A stretch of DNA of 64,000 bases from Octopus sinensis. Its lineage: Eukaryota. The position numbers and the translations under genes were made by a program. Under the pieces are notes generated by a model. That model saw only the letters and a program-made list of their open reading frames with translations. It was not told where the DNA came from and searched no databases. The stretch lies in NCBI RefSeq assembly GCF_006345805.1, contig NC_043008.1, forward strand, positions 48,918,001-48,982,000. Reading direction: 5' to 3'. Below, one piece after another: positions 13,573 through 28,081 of the stretch (positions within the stretch are counted from its first letter, which is position 1; each line of letters starts with the position of its first letter).

Positions 13573-14009
13573 TATATTTTCCATTGCTTTCACCCCAGTT
13601 ATTGCATTATATAAATATGTAATACCCAACATACCCGTTTTACTATCGACGCCTTATACTCTTCATACTTTTTACTCTCCACCCCACCCACCCCTCCCTT
13701 TATGTTCTGCCCTGAATCTTCTTGATTCGTTCTGTTTTCTTTTACTTTCTCCCCCAAACTGAGATTCACCAGAGACTACATCTCCACCGTTGTCCTCCAT
13801 TCCCCTGCATTCAAATTTATCCTCATCTCTAAGCATCTCTTTTCACGCAGTTGTGAACCTACTCATCCACCCATCCTTATTCTCCCTCTCCACTCCACCA
13901 CCACCACCATCCTGTCTCCTTTTCCATTAGAGTCACAATGTGCCTCTTCTCATTACCTGACATAAAGCCACCTCCCTCAATACTGTGCCTCTGTTCAGCT
14001 GAGTAGTTA

Positions 14010-14340
14010 AGGTGCATGGCTCAGTAGTTAGTGTCGCGCTTACGATCGTGAGGTTGTGAGTTCGATTCCCGGGCCAGGGTGCGTGTTGTGTTCTTGAGCA
14101 AGACACTTTATTTCACATTGCTCCAGTTCAGTCAACTGTGGAAGTGAGTTGTGACGTCACAGGTGCCAAGCTGTATCGGCCCCTTTGCCTTTCCCTTGGA
14201 TAACATCAATGGCATAAAGAGGGGAGTCCGGTATGCATGGGTGACTGCTGGCCTCCCATAAAACAACCTTGCCTGGACTTGTTCCTCGGAGGGTAACTTT
14301 CTAGGTGCAATCCCATGGTCATTCATGACCGAAGGGGGTC
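14010..14340 (+). mobile_element. tRNA-derived SINE with a V-domain-like core
   Basis: tggctcagtagttag A box, gagttcgattccc B box, then gttgtgttcttgagcaagacacttt; related copy at about 23225-23500. Confidence 0.7.
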
Positions 14341-14684
14341 ACAAAAACAACATTAGGAAGAGTAGTCTGAATGCTAAACAGTTGATTCCATATTATCAGG
14401 GATTAGCTGTGGTTCTTAAGAAACCCAACAAAAAGAATTCTTCAATGTTTTGACCCCCCCCCCCCTTCCCATTTTCCTGTAAACTGTCATTATCATCATC
14501 ATCATCGTTTAACGTCCGCTTTCCATGCTAGCATGGGTTGGACTAATCATCAGTCTGAAATGTTATTTATGTTTAATTTTGTATTATTGTTGTTTACATC
14601 TTATTTGTTTTGCTGTTTTTTAAAACTTTTTATTCTTTGTGTTGTTTGTATTTAGAAAATGTCTTCAATTTTTTTTCGTTGTAG

Positions 14685-15403
14685 GTTACATCTCTTCAGC
14701 CGATGGTTCTGCCCTTGTGAAGACTGGAGATACCGCTGTGATATGTGGTATTAAAGTGGAACTGGCAATACCGAAATGTGAAGAACCAGACCAAGGTTTC
14801 ATTGTACCTAATTTGGAACTGTCTACTCTGTGTTCCCCCAATTTCCGACCAGGACCTCCAGGGGACCAGGCACAACGCACAAGCCAGATGCTTTTTGATA
14901 TAGTAAAGAATTCAAACTGTTTAGATCTGAAGGACCTGTGCATCACCCCTGGGAAGTTAGTTTGGGTGTTATACTGTGACATGATCTGCCTTGATTATGA
15001 TGGTAATGTTTTAGACGTGGCACTCCTGTCTCTGATGGCAGCTCTTTATAATTGCCAATTACCTAAAGTGACTGTGGATGAAGACTCCCTTGAAATCAGT
15101 GTTGATTTCGACAGCAGGCGACCCCTCAACATCCACTCTCATCCTGTATCGACGACATTTAGTTTAATGGATGGTAACATTCTACTGATGGACCCCTGTA
15201 TTGGAGAAGAGAACCTCTCCGATGGCACCGTTACGATCTGCACTTGTGACCAGAAACTGTGTGGTGTGTTTAAGCCAGGTGGAGCCAAAATATCTGATGA
15301 GAAATTATTTCAGTGTATTTCTCGTGCAGAGGAGCAAGGTGCCAAGGTGCAGTGTTTGTTGCAGAAAGCCTTAAAGAGTAAAACAGACAATAAAACAGAA
15401 TGA
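14685..15403 (+). CDS. EXOSC8: Exosome complex component RRP43, coding exon 2
   Basis: gtag|GT TAC; continues YISSADGSALVK...GPPGDQAQ...DLCITPGKLVWVLYCDMICLDYDGN...KPGG to TGA; spliced CDS 837 nt = 278 aa RNase PH-fold protein. Confidence 0.96.
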
Positions 15404-15890
15404 TTACTTGGCAGTCTTGGATTTATTTTATTTTTATATTTTACCTTCTTCACGTGTTGGAACGGTTGTGTTCTTGGTTTATTCCACAGGTATGTGGTTC
15501 TACACAGCTGATGTCTTGTGAGTGAGCTACAGAAATTTAGTTTGATATATAAAAGGGAGAAAAAGAGAATGAACCAAGCAAAACATATGGTATCTTTTTA
15601 GGTCACCATCATCATCATCATCATCACCATTGTCGTTGTTTAACGTCTGTCTTCCATGCTGGCATGGGTTGGAGCATGTCATTTTTAATCCAAACATAGT
15701 TGCAGAGTTGTTAGAGAAAATAAGGGATTAAGAAATAAGGCATAAAGTGTCATTACAGCTGTTTCTAGAATAGTTGAGCATATGGTGTATAAGTCATTGA
15801 GCAAAGATTTCCATATAAACCAAGTATACACTGTTCGTGATGGAAGAATTAAGAAATATCCTTAGAAGGCAGTAGTTACAAATTTAGTTC

Positions 15891-15922
<32 letters not shown>

Positions 15923-16029
15923 ATATATATATAGTCGTGACTTCTGGAACTTGACTGAGGAAAGAAGGCCACAAATGACCCATCTTTTTTGCCTGTCATT
16001 CTAATTGTTGTTTTTATTGTCCTCTATTG

Positions 16030-16077
<48 letters not shown>

Positions 16078-18159
16078 ATATATATATATAAAATGTGTGT
16101 GTGTGTTTGGCTTGGTGGTAAAGCTGTTGGCCTCATTACCATAAGTGTTTTTTGTTTCAATTCCTGGAGCAGGCAGTGCATTGTCCCTCCTTGTCCTCCA
16201 GATTAGGAGGGCTAAGAAAGGTATCTATGTCTGTCTATGACTTCATAGGCGTTTAAAGTAATTACTTTCTACCATAAATCTTTGCCAATGATGGCAATGC
16301 TTTTTGCATTTGTATTTGTTTTGTTGTTTACCTCCCCACTCCATGGACCCTGGTTTAAAGGCATTCCATCCATGAACATCCTACCTTTTTGTTGGTATTC
16401 ATGACTGCGCTATTCAGTATACTTTCCTTTCTGAAGATGTGGGATTTGCGGGAGATGTGACATCTATTTCTAGCGGGTCCAATGACCACATCGAAGATCT
16501 CTACATGTACATTGTACAAACATCGTTGAAATGACCGTTGACCTCATCGATTTAAGAAGGGAGGTAACTCTTTAAAGAGGTATAACTCGGGTAAACGTAC
16601 CTGTTCTTTTCCCTTCACATTTACGATGCTTTACGGGGATTGAACCCCAGAAGTTAACTGGTACTTTTTTGTTGACCCCAGAAAAATACAAGAAAGCTGA
16701 ATTCAAAATGTAAAGAACCATAAATTAAATACTGCTGGTGCCACATAAAAAGCGCCCAGTGGAGCACTCTAAAGTGGTTGGTGTGAGGAAGTGCATCCAG
16801 CCTTAGAAACCATGCCAAAGCAGACAATTGCGGCCTAGTGCCGCTCCCCAGCGTGCCACCTCGTGTTAAACCGTCCAACCCATGCCAACATGGTAAACGG
16901 ACGTAAATGAGGATGATTTTGTGAACCAGACTAATGAGAAACCGGAAGGTGATTATTTTTGATTAAAACGTTTGAGGGTGGGGCCTCAGGATGGCCTCAC
17001 CCCGAGGATTGAATCTACTTGAAGAATAAAACAGTTTAATGCCGCAAGAAAGGGGTCGATGAAGTGGAGTGGGGGATCTGTTGTGTTATTGTAGCCTGTT
17101 GGTGTTACCGTGAAGTAAAGGGCGGCCATACGCCTATTTAAATATTGGTTTGGAGTCTTTTGGTTGAGCCAGTGCCTAATGCAGCGCCTTTTAGGGCTGC
17201 AAGCGGCCTTCAAGCATTCTTCTGGCGGTCTGCGACGGTCTTCCCGCTAAAAATAAATTCTCTTCAATTGATTTGTTTTACTTTTTCGGATGTGGTCCTT
17301 TTAAAAAAATTCAGGTTTTGGATCGAGTTAAGATATTAAAAAAGTTGAGGACCACTGGTCAGATGATTTTTGTAAAGTAATGTGGTTGGATGAAGTTATT
17401 GTTTAGCCCAAGGCTGACCAAATCCAGCAGAATTATAATCAAAAGCATTTCCAACCGTGCCTGCGTCGTCTTTATGTTTTTACAAGTAATGTATCTAGCA
17501 TTATATTTAGTGTGCTGTGTGATTTGGCTACTATTTCTTGCAAATTAAGTCATCTTGGAAATATTCTCTGTTGCATCAAAATTTTATAAGACCAACTTGA
17601 GTTATTTCCCTTGGTTCATTAATTATGACAATTTTACTGACCGAAAATGAATCGTAAATCTATGCAAAACTATTTCTTTTATTCTTTTACGCTCCTTCCA
17701 CTTGTTTCAGTCATTTGACTGTGGCCATGCTGGAGCACCGCCTTCAGTCGAGCAAATCGCCCCCAGGACTTATTCTTTGTATGCCTGGTACTTATTCTAT
17801 TGGGGTCTTTTGCCGAACCGCTAAGTTTACGGGGGACGTAAGCACACCAGCATCGGTTGTCAAGCGATGTTGGGGAGACAAACAACACAAATGTATACAC
17901 ACACACACATATATATATGTACAACGGGCTTCTTTCAGTTTCCGTCTACCAAATCCACTCGCAAGGCTTTGGTCAGCTTGAGGCTATAGTAGAAGACACT
18001 TGCCCAAGGTGCCACGCAGTGGGACTGAACCCGGAATCATGTGGTTCGTAAGCAAGCTACTTACCACACAGCTACTCGTACGACGATTTGTTTCAGTCAT
18101 TTGACTGCGGCCATGCTGGAGCACCACCTTTAGTCGAACAAATCAACTCCAGAACTTAT

Positions 18160-18390
18160 TTGTGCAAACGAATTACCTTTTCGAGGAAACGAAAATGAAG
18201 CTTTTCAGGATCTTTATTCGGAAGATGATAATACGTAGCATTGTGGTCTTTTAATGAAATTATTCCAGTACACATTAGAGAAAGACTCAAAGCTAATGGA
18301 ATGTTACAGAACGATTCCAAAAAAAAATGCGACCTCCACCTCAGCAGCAACAATTCGAAATCATCGATTTGTTGAGAAGACGCACTGTCA
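18160..18390 (+). mobile_element. hAT transposase fragment (DUF4371/ZMYM1-like)
   Basis: ANELPFRGNENE...GLLMKLFQYTLEKDSKL...IPKNA..TS..QFEIIDLL with one stop and frameshifts. Confidence 0.6.
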
Positions 18391-19629
18391 GCCTCGTGGT
18401 CGATGTTTATTTGAAATTATACAAAAATAATGTTTAAAGATTTGGCTGTTATCTCTAGCATGTAGAAAGACCTTTTAGGCTTAACGATGTGCTTGTTGAA
18501 AATCATCAAAAAAATATTGGAGTCGATAGATTCGACTAAAAATTCTTCGAGGTGATGCTCCAGCATGGCCTCAGTTTAATGATTGCAACAAGTAAAATGA
18601 AAATAGAAACCAAATATATCAGAAGTTTTGACCAGGTTAAGCGTCAAACCCCCAAAAACCCGAAAAATATAAGCATGGGGCTTTCGTCCGCTTTCACAAT
18701 TTAAGTAGGAGCTCTTGCCCGTCCCCCTGTTCAGCTACCCCAGTTGCAATCGGATGGCTACGTGGCTGCATGTGAAGTATCTTACGTACAAATTAACGTG
18801 GTTTCCTTTAAAACATGGAGGTTTTTTGAAAGATTAATTCCTGTTGACTACAAATTATCTTCCCTTTGCTTTGAGTATTGCTAAAAATTACCGCTTGGAG
18901 TTTTGTTTTACCCAACTAAGCTAAAATCTTAATCTAGAATTTTCTGCAGATTTCACTCAGAACTTCATCCTGGAAATGATTTATTTAAATTATTGTCATT
19001 AAGTTTCGCTTTTGGATTTGGTTTGCAAGATTCTTTATATGAGTCCGTGTGTTGAAGCATATTCTGTTGTGTCTGGGGAGAGTCATTTTCTTTTTGTGCC
19101 TTATAATGTAACACTCACCGGTAAAATTTCCACTTATTTCTTATTTTTATTTTCCTAAAATTTTCGTTGCGTCTTGCAACCTTTTCAATATTCTTGACTC
19201 TAAGCTTCTTGAGTAATTCTCTTCGTTTTATTTCATAGTTTGAAGTGGCTGCGATATTTTCACGATTTCAATATTACAAAATATCTTTTTGAATTGTTTA
19301 ACCGCTGACTGGTTGTGGAAATGGTTGTTGATGTATTTGGTGTGGACTGACCAGTCACTGGGGACATCGCGTATGTGTGGGTGTGTGGGGGGTTTGCCTC
19401 TTCGGTAGCCGTTGACTGACCAATGCCTTCTAAGGGTAATTAGAAGACAAAACCTGTAAAGAAGGGGAGGAAGAGGAAATCGAAGAAGACGGGAGTGAAG
19501 AGGAGGAGGTATGAAGTATAATGAAACATTCTTTTATTCTTTCTTTTACTTGTTCCAGTCATTTGACTGCGGCCATGCTGGAGCATCACCTTTAGTCGAG
19601 CAAATCGTCCCCAGGACTATTCTATTCTA

Positions 19630-19905
19630 TCGGTATGGCGAACGAAATGGAAAATGCGTTGTCTCGGAGAATGGCGTTGGGGAGATGCGCTGGGACGGCT
19701 ATTCTGACTCACGGGGCTCGCAGTTGCGGATGCCATCTCTGCCCCGATAGCTGTGAGCCGGGATAGAGTCCGGGGACCGAGAACACCGGAGGTTCGACCA
19801 CAAATCTGTCAGAGAGCTGCCGATGCTTTGACATTTTGTCCTTCTCGGTTTGACGAGCAGCGAAACCTTGGCTGGCAGCTTGTGCAATAGAAATCGTTAC
19901 GACAT
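19630..19905 (-). mobile_element. 3' fragment of an RLE-endonuclease non-LTR retrotransposon (CRE-like)
   Basis: With frameshifts reads AARQTEKDKMSKHRQLSDRF..EP...CEPRESE*.SQRIS..AILRDNAFSI, matching the K..KY...F.P and QRIS.AI.RGNA C-terminal motifs. Confidence 0.6.
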
Positions 19906-19913
19906 GTATCGCA

Positions 19914-19958
<45 letters not shown>

Positions 19959-20271
19959 TACTGGAATCTATGGAGGGAAGAGAATCTTTGGCACGGTTGA
20001 CCTAGTATAGTCGACACCAAAATAAGTTACCCTCAGACTGATTGTTCCTTTAAACGTTTCATCACCATTTCCTTCATTGTGGGTTCCATAATCTTTCACA
20101 GAAAACCAATGAGATTTACTCCTTTGTAATTTCTAAGATCAAGTCTTCCGTAATTTTTGTTGATCTCCACAACCTTCGCTCTCCTCCGGTCACTTTAGAA
20201 ATACACTTCATGCTACCAACTCCTGCTTAGTTTTGAACCGTTGCATCAGAACAACTCTGCAATCTTTTAAA

Positions 20272-20690
20272 ATGGCTGACAAATCCAAGCTATGTGCATG
20301 TATCAAAATTTGTATGAATCTTGGCAAATCCGATAACTGGACACTTGGAATGCTACAGCAGTCTTTTGGCGAACATTTTTCCGGTTGAACTTTGAGCATT
20401 AATTGGCACGTAGGTTTAAAGACTGGTCAGGTGTCTGATCTCAGCGGTGAGTGTTTAATGTGTGGCCAATAACTTACAGAATGCTGGAAATTGTGGAAAA
20501 AATATCTGTGAATTTATCCAGGAGAAGCATCACTGACGGTCCGTCAACCCACTCACATAACTGGGATCGGTTATAGAGTCTGCCTGGAGATTTCCAAGTG
20601 AAATCTGAACATGACGTTTTTGAGATGTTTATCTCTCGGTTGTGGACACTCGATCGAAACTAACGATGTTCTGATGTGTTTCGAGCAATG
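20272..20690 (+). mobile_element. Degenerate mariner transposase N-terminus
   Basis: CIKICMNLGKSDNWTLGMLQQSFGEH...NWH..FKTG, then IVEKICEFIQE; contains stops and frameshifts. Confidence 0.7.
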
Positions 20691-20792
20691 TAAAATAATT
20701 AACTGCTGTTTAAAGCCTTCTTACAACATGGTCAGATGTTTCGACTACCGTCTCTTCACAGAAGGCTAATAAATGTGTGAACGCTTAGTCAT

Positions 20793-20838
<46 letters not shown>

Positions 20839-23078
20839 ATTGTAAAAACAGGGACGGTGTGGAGGAAGGATCAGTGCAATGGAGGTTGCGATAATATAAA
20901 TACAAATAAATACGTTACTAGTTGTGATAATTAAAATATTAACAGAAACGGCGAGGCGGTAAGAGTGATAACGATTAGAAGAATATAAACAGAATAAAAA
21001 GTTGAAGAATGAGAAGATATCGTTGAAAAAAGAAAAACAATAATGTAACAAAATGAAGGATGTAAAGAAATTGGAAAGAAAAAGATAAAATAACCAAAAG
21101 TATGACATGCAAATAACTTTATAATGTTAAAAGTGAAATGGCACAAGAAAGGTGGTGGTGGTGGTGGGAGGTGATTAGGTGAGAGTGAGTGGTTGAGGTT
21201 AAAAGTTAAAAGGAATTGAAAGGAGTGTTGTAAGGTGGACAAGGTGGGGAGGGGGCTGGTTGTCGTCTGGGATTTTTTTTGGCGGGTGGGTTGGAATAGA
21301 ATAGAGAGAGGAAAAAGAGTGAAGAGAAAAAGGCAAGTTTTGGAGGAGAAAGAAGAGGAAAGTAAAGATAAGGAAAGGAGAATAAGTGAGAAGGATTCAA
21401 GTAAAACGTTTCAATGGCGACGAGCAAAATTGTGAGATAGAAATAGAAAAATTAAAAAAGGAATTCGGAAGAAGTAGTTGTGGGTATGAGGTGGGGTGGG
21501 GAAAAGAAAAAATTGTGGGAAGAGATAATAAAAAATAACTATAGGCGCTGGCGTGGATGTGTAGTAAGAGGTTTGTTTCCCAGCCACGCGGTTCCGGGTT
21601 CAGTCCTGCAGCGAGGCACCTTGGGAAAATGCTTTCTATTATAGCCTCGGGCCGACTAAAACCTTGTGAGTGGATTTGCTAGACGGAATCTGAAAGAAAC
21701 TCGTTGTGTATATATATATGTGTGTGTGTATATAATGTATCTATGTGTTTGTTCCCACCACTGTTTGACAACTGATGTTGGTTTGTTTTCGTCCCAGTAA
21801 TTAGAAATTTTGGTAAAAAGAGAGTGATAGAATGAGGATCAGGCTTGAAAAGAAAATAAGTACCGGGTCGATTTGTTCGACTAAAACCTCTAAGGCGCTG
21901 CCCCAGCATGGGCACAGTCTAATGACTGAAACAAGCAAAAGAATAAAAATTAGTGTAACTATAGTAATGACTGAATGGTGGTTGAGGAGGGGAGGTGGAA
22001 GGTTGGTTATTGTTCACTCTGGAGCGGCTAAAAGGCGAAAGAATATAAAAGAACTGAAACCATGTTTTGTATGTTGTTTCTCATAAACGAGAGAATTGTG
22101 GGTGAAATGTGAGGGGGAAGTGGTGATGTTTATGGAAAAAAGGGAATGAATAGAATAGAGATGAGACAGAAGGGGAGTGGGGAAGAGAGCAGAAAAGGAG
22201 AAGGGTACTATTCTCTCTGTGGACAGGAATAAGTAATCGTTACCTGATGATATGTGAATAAAGCTTGAAACCAGCCAGGTTGTTCTGTTTCTTGCTACAT
22301 ACAAATTTGGAGTGTAATGATGGTGTTTAATTTTCACACGGAGTCTAAATGCGTATATACTAACAGCATCCACAGTTTGTGCCACATCATGTGTACGTGT
22401 GTGTGTATGTATAAAATGTGAAGTGTATATGTACATGTGTGTGTGTGTTTGTGACTTTAACGCCTCAGTATAAATAATTTTCGTGAAGGATTTGTGAAAT
22501 ACAAACGAAAAATTACATTTAAAAATACAGACGCAAATAGTCTCAACACGCACACACAATAACACAATGACAAAGATACACACATAAATAAGCCGACTAA
22601 CGCATATAGAAGTGCATTGCACACATACACACACACATCCATGAAAAGAAAAACATGGAAATAGTTTGGCATAATTTCTATGAAAGATTAAGAATGAGTA
22701 TCTGGAAGACAAGAGAAAAATGGAATTTCGGAGACAACAGCAGAAATGAAAAAAATTGAACAAAGATGATAATGATGATGATGACGACGATGATGATAAT
22801 GATAATGATGATGATGATGATGATGATGGTGATGATAATGATAATAATAATGATGATGATGATGGAACTGCGCAGAACTGCCCCGTTCTGATAATTTCCT
22901 GTTTTCAGTAATTACTTCGAAGAAACTCAAACAGTTTTGTCGAGAAGAAAATTCAATTGTGTTGAAATGCGGAAGTTGTTCAGGACACACGCCAGGCTAT
23001 TGATTGTTTTTCAGCTTGATGGAGTGTGTCAAGGAATATAGGATAGACGGGCAGATACAAACACGTGCATATATATAC

Positions 23079-23146
<68 letters not shown>

Positions 23147-23149
23147 TAT

Positions 23150-23205
<56 letters not shown>

Positions 23206-23496
23206 TATATTATATATATATATATAGTTAGGCGTGTTGCCCTCACGATTGTGTGATCGTAGTTTCGACTCCCAGATTAGCTGCGCGTTGTGTTTTTGAG
23301 TAAAACAATTTATTTTACGCTGCTCTAGTTCACCCATCTGTAAATGGATCACCCTGCAATGGATTAGCCTTTCGGCTAGGGAGAATGTTGGCCTGCTCAT
23401 CTACCTAGCAGAATGGCGTCATTCGAAAGCTGAAACGATGCAAAGCGCATTGTGACCAGCGATGTAAAACAACATCCTATAGTCAGATCGATCACT

Positions 23497-23552
<56 letters not shown>

Positions 23553-24037
23553 TTAAATACAAACAAATGACTGAAAAATGATGAGCTAATCCCAGCCAGA
23601 ATCGAACCCACAAATCAACGCCAACACGCTCATCCATCAATTTCAGACAAATTTAGTTAAGGTAACTAGATAATTAGATGGGTAGATGGTGGGCTGAGAA
23701 GATTGATGAAGATGTATAATTATCCTCTCTCTGTGTGTGCAAAGAAATGCAGATGCTTATACGTCTGATACTATGCAAAACCTGTCTCCACAAGAATATC
23801 TGCTGAGAAATCTGAAGATTCTCCATAATAACTTTAGAACCTGATGCGAATTGTTTAATTTAGTAATTGACTTATTATGCATGCAAACCAGTGTGTAGCG
23901 TTGAAATAGTTCCTCAAACCAATCGTAACCTAGAATAAAGTTATGTAACAACGTCGTCTTCATTTTTTAGTGTGTCTGTCTTCTGTCTCTCTATGTATGT
24001 ATATATATATATATATATAATATATATATATATATAA

Positions 24038-24092
<55 letters not shown>

Positions 24093-25226
24093 CATACTCA
24101 CATACATATTACACACACACACATTTACGTATAAATGTATGCATGTAGGGAAAGCGGTGTGTATGATACGATAGATTTAGGTAGATAAGCGATGGTTTGG
24201 ATGGATGGATGGTAGACTGCATCGATAGAAGGATGTTGATGTAAATGGTTAAATGGATAATTAAACCAATGGATGGATCAATTGATTTGCGGTTGTTGGC
24301 CTTTCTGAGAAATAGCTGAGGGATAAGATAAAAGTTCGTGAAGAATGACCTGGAGCACATTTACACGCACACACACAAAAACACGCACACACACAAAGAC
24401 ACTCACACACATACACACACAAAGACACACATACTCATACTCACTCATTCACTCTCTCTCTCTCACATACTCTCTTACATGCACGCGCGCGCACACACAC
24501 ACACACACACTCATACACACATATATACAAGATTGATTCAAAGTTGAATTTGAGTTCCAACTGAAATCTCACGCTTCCGCGTTATTAGGCGACTGTGAAT
24601 AACTCGCTTGAAAGTACAACACTCACAGAGAGATCATAAATTGGCTTCACGCAAAACACATCGAAGCCCTTGAACAGCCACCATTCATTCGTTCAGCCAG
24701 AATAAAAACAACTCTACATCATCATCAAAGTACATGTGGCAATTGAAGGATCGAAGACTATTTAGGGCGAAGGTGTTTTGGGGCGATAATCTGATATTCA
24801 TGATTGACAAAAATATAAGATTTTGCTTTCGTTTTTCTTTGTGCTTCAAACTCACGAAGCCGATTTTCCGGTTTCTATGGCTTACAAGAGTCTGAGATCA
24901 CAACATTTCCTCTGAATGGAATAGCGGTCCGTTGCAGGATTCAAGGCTAGTAATTTTGAGGCGAGGAGGACAAGTCAATTAGATCGACCCCCAGAGTCCA
25001 ACTGGTACTTATTCTATCCATCCCTAAGGAATGAAAGGCAAAGTTGAGCCTGGCGGGATTTTAACTCAGAACATAAAGAGTCCCAAGAAATGCAGCCAAC
25101 AATCCTGCCAGTTCAACGCTTTAAGATGCGGAATTGAGATGTAATGAAATAAATAGAATAATTTATAAAAAGAGGAAAAAAACAAACAAACTATAATCAA
25201 CACACACAGACGCACACACTCACGCA

Positions 25227-25273
<47 letters not shown>

Positions 25274-25622
25274 AGTATGGGAAATAATCGGAGTGAATAA
25301 AAGGTTTGTGAAAGTGAAAAGATAACAAAGATTAATAATAAATGAGAGGATTAAAAGTTGTGGGGTGGGATAGAGAGGGAGAGAAAGAGAAAGACAGGAA
25401 AGGAGAGAGAGGGGAAGAGAGAGGTGTGAGAGAGGGTGCCGTGCCTTTGAAATGGTCTGGAACGGTCCAATAGATAAGATAGTTCACGATGTTAAATTCT
25501 CTGATTTGTCGGCGAACGAAACAAATAAATCATATTCAGTAACGGGGAGGCGGAAGGGGGGAGGAGGAGGGGATGGTTTTGTTGTGTGTGTTGTTATTAG
25601 AGGGGGTGGGGAGACACAACGT

Positions 25623-25700
<78 letters not shown>

Positions 25701-25941
25701 GTGTATATATACCCATTAACACATAGATACACACAAAAATGTAATTATGTATACGCATACACACACACACAAGCATACACATATACCACCGTATAATATA
25801 TGTATTATATACAAATGTATATAATATATATATATGTATGTGTTTATCTTTTATCATTTACTTGTTTCAATTACTGGACTCTGGCCATACTGGGGCACCA
25901 CCTTCAAGAACTTTAGTCAATTAAATCGACTCCAGTCCTAT

Positions 25942-26045
<104 letters not shown>

Positions 26046-26112
26046 GGGTAAAAATCATTAATGATTTATACCAAGTGGTCAGCGCGATAATAAAACCTCA
26101 TAGGTACATTTT

Positions 26113-26915
26113 ATAAATAATTATAACAAGGGCTTGGCTTGTGCCTCACCACGCACTGAAAAACAGACGTCAAGAGACACTATTACCACTTTAAGTTCTC
26201 CGAGAGAAACACTCTACATAAAAGGCTAGCAGAAGAAAGAAAAGAAATTAAAACATGATCGTGTTTCGGGCTTAAAGTAATAATAAAAAACACATTACCT
26301 ATTGCCTTCATCAGCATCGATACTCCTGGCATAAATATACGAGTAGCCACGGATATGTGAACGAACTGCGTCTTCGCTCAACTTATATCCGTCGAGACTC
26401 GCATAGATGTGCTGCGAAGTAGAATTCGTATTCTTCTCTTGTAGCCACGTGTGGTGTGTTAAAGATCTCAAGTCTGTAGAGTTAATCATAATTAATATTT
26501 TAATAAACATTTACTCCTTGATCAAAACTGTATTAACTGCAGACTTGAGATCTTTAACACACCACACGTGGCTACAAGAGAAGAATACGAATTCTACTTT
26601 GCAGCACATCTATGCGAGTCTCGACGGATATAAGCTGAGCGAAGACGCAGTTCGTTCACATATCCGTGGCTACTCGTGTATTTATGCTAGGAGTATCGAC
26701 GCTGATGAAGGCAATAGGTAATGTTTTTTTTTATTACTTTAAACCCGAAACAAGATCATGTATGCGGTTAACCGAAGTTTGGATTCCTTTTCTTTCTTTT
26801 GCTAGCCTTTTATGTAGCGTGTTTCACTCGGAGAACTTAAAGTGGCAATAGTGTATCTTAACGTCTATTTTTCGTGCGTGTGAGGCACAAGACAAGCCCT
26901 TGTTATAATTAATTA
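26113..26915. repeat. Long inverted repeat (arms about 370 bp, spacer about 45 bp) with a hammerhead-like core in each arm
   Basis: 26113-26487 is the reverse complement of 26532-26915; CTGATGA...GAAAC at 26702-26751 (+) and 26314-26263 (-). Confidence 0.9.
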
Positions 26916-26950
26916 TTTATATATAATATATATATATATAGTATATATAT

Positions 26951-26983
<33 letters not shown>

Positions 26984-26991
26984 TATATATA

Positions 26992-27030
<39 letters not shown>

Positions 27031-27080
27031 TATATATGTATATATATTATATATATAGATATATATATATATATAATATA

Positions 27081-27770
27081 TCAACATCACAATCAAGGAA
27101 CGGCCATAATAGGCCATTCACCCACTAGAAATAACAGCCAAGCTTCAACCGCAAAATAACATTAATTCGCAAACCAGGAGAAAATTAAAAAAACATTTAC
27201 CCTGTAATTTCTTATACGATGCACCGTTTCATCTATTGTTTAATGGTAAACTAACCTGATTAAATTAAATCAAGCCAATCTTCCATAGGCCGTTAGATTC
27301 GTCAGTAAGAAATAGCCAGATCGGAACAGATATTTTCACGAGACACTTCTGTCCCTGCCTCGGCAATATCTGACCTAAAATTTTCAAATCATCGCACTCG
27401 CGCCAAATTTATCGGCAGCAAATAAATATTTATTTGCTGCCGATAAATTTTGCGCGAGTGCGGATGATTTGAAAATTTTAGGTCAGATATTGCCGAGGCA
27501 GGGACAGAAGTGCCTCGTGAAAATATCTGTTCCGATCTGGCTATTTCTTACTGACGAATCTAACGGCCTATGGAAGATTGGCTTGATTTATTTAATCAGG
27601 TTAGTTTACCATTAGACAATAGATGAAACGGTGCATCGTATAAGAAAAATACAGGGTAAATGTTTTTTAATTTTCTCCTGGTTTGCGGAATTAATGTTAT
27701 TTTGCGGTTGAAGCTTGGCTTTATTTTAGGGGTGAATGGCCTATTATGGCCGTCCTTGATTGTGTGTTGA
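27081..27770. repeat. Spacerless palindrome of about 690 bp
   Basis: Centre aaataaat|atttattt at 27427/27428; arms differ mostly by 1-bp indels. Confidence 0.9.
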
Positions 27771-27902
27771 ACTTATAAATGGTCTATGACTATTTAATTT
27801 TTCCCACTAGGCCGCTGGTGGCAAAAAAAATTCTACAAAATTTTTTGCCACCCTATATTGATTAATATATATATATATATATCTAATATATATATATAAT
27901 TA

Positions 27903-27944
<42 letters not shown>

Positions 27945-28081
27945 GGAAAATTTACAAAACAAAAACAAAAGACGAAGACAGGTGATGTAGACAACATATG
28001 TATTAGTATAACGCTCGGGAAGCGAAAAAGTCCTTAACGTTTCAAGCCTACGCTCTTCCACAGAAAGAAACAAGGAGGAGA

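Noticed and set aside
14010-14075. tRNA-like sequences at SINE heads
   Set aside because: A/B boxes without a complete cloverleaf, continuing into SINE bodies; not tRNA genes.
22252-22313. Possible signal-peptide first exon of the fossil gene (M*IKLETSQVVLFLA)
   Set aside because: Too short and unspecific, with a stop at codon 2; left out of the call.
22014-22763. 249-aa minus-strand ORF
   Set aside because: Low-complexity, SSR-containing translation with no conserved motif.
26295-26721. Mirror-image ORFs ending ...IDADEGNR on both strands
   Set aside because: A consequence of the palindrome; ADE is simply the CTGATGA motif and no protein family is recognisable.
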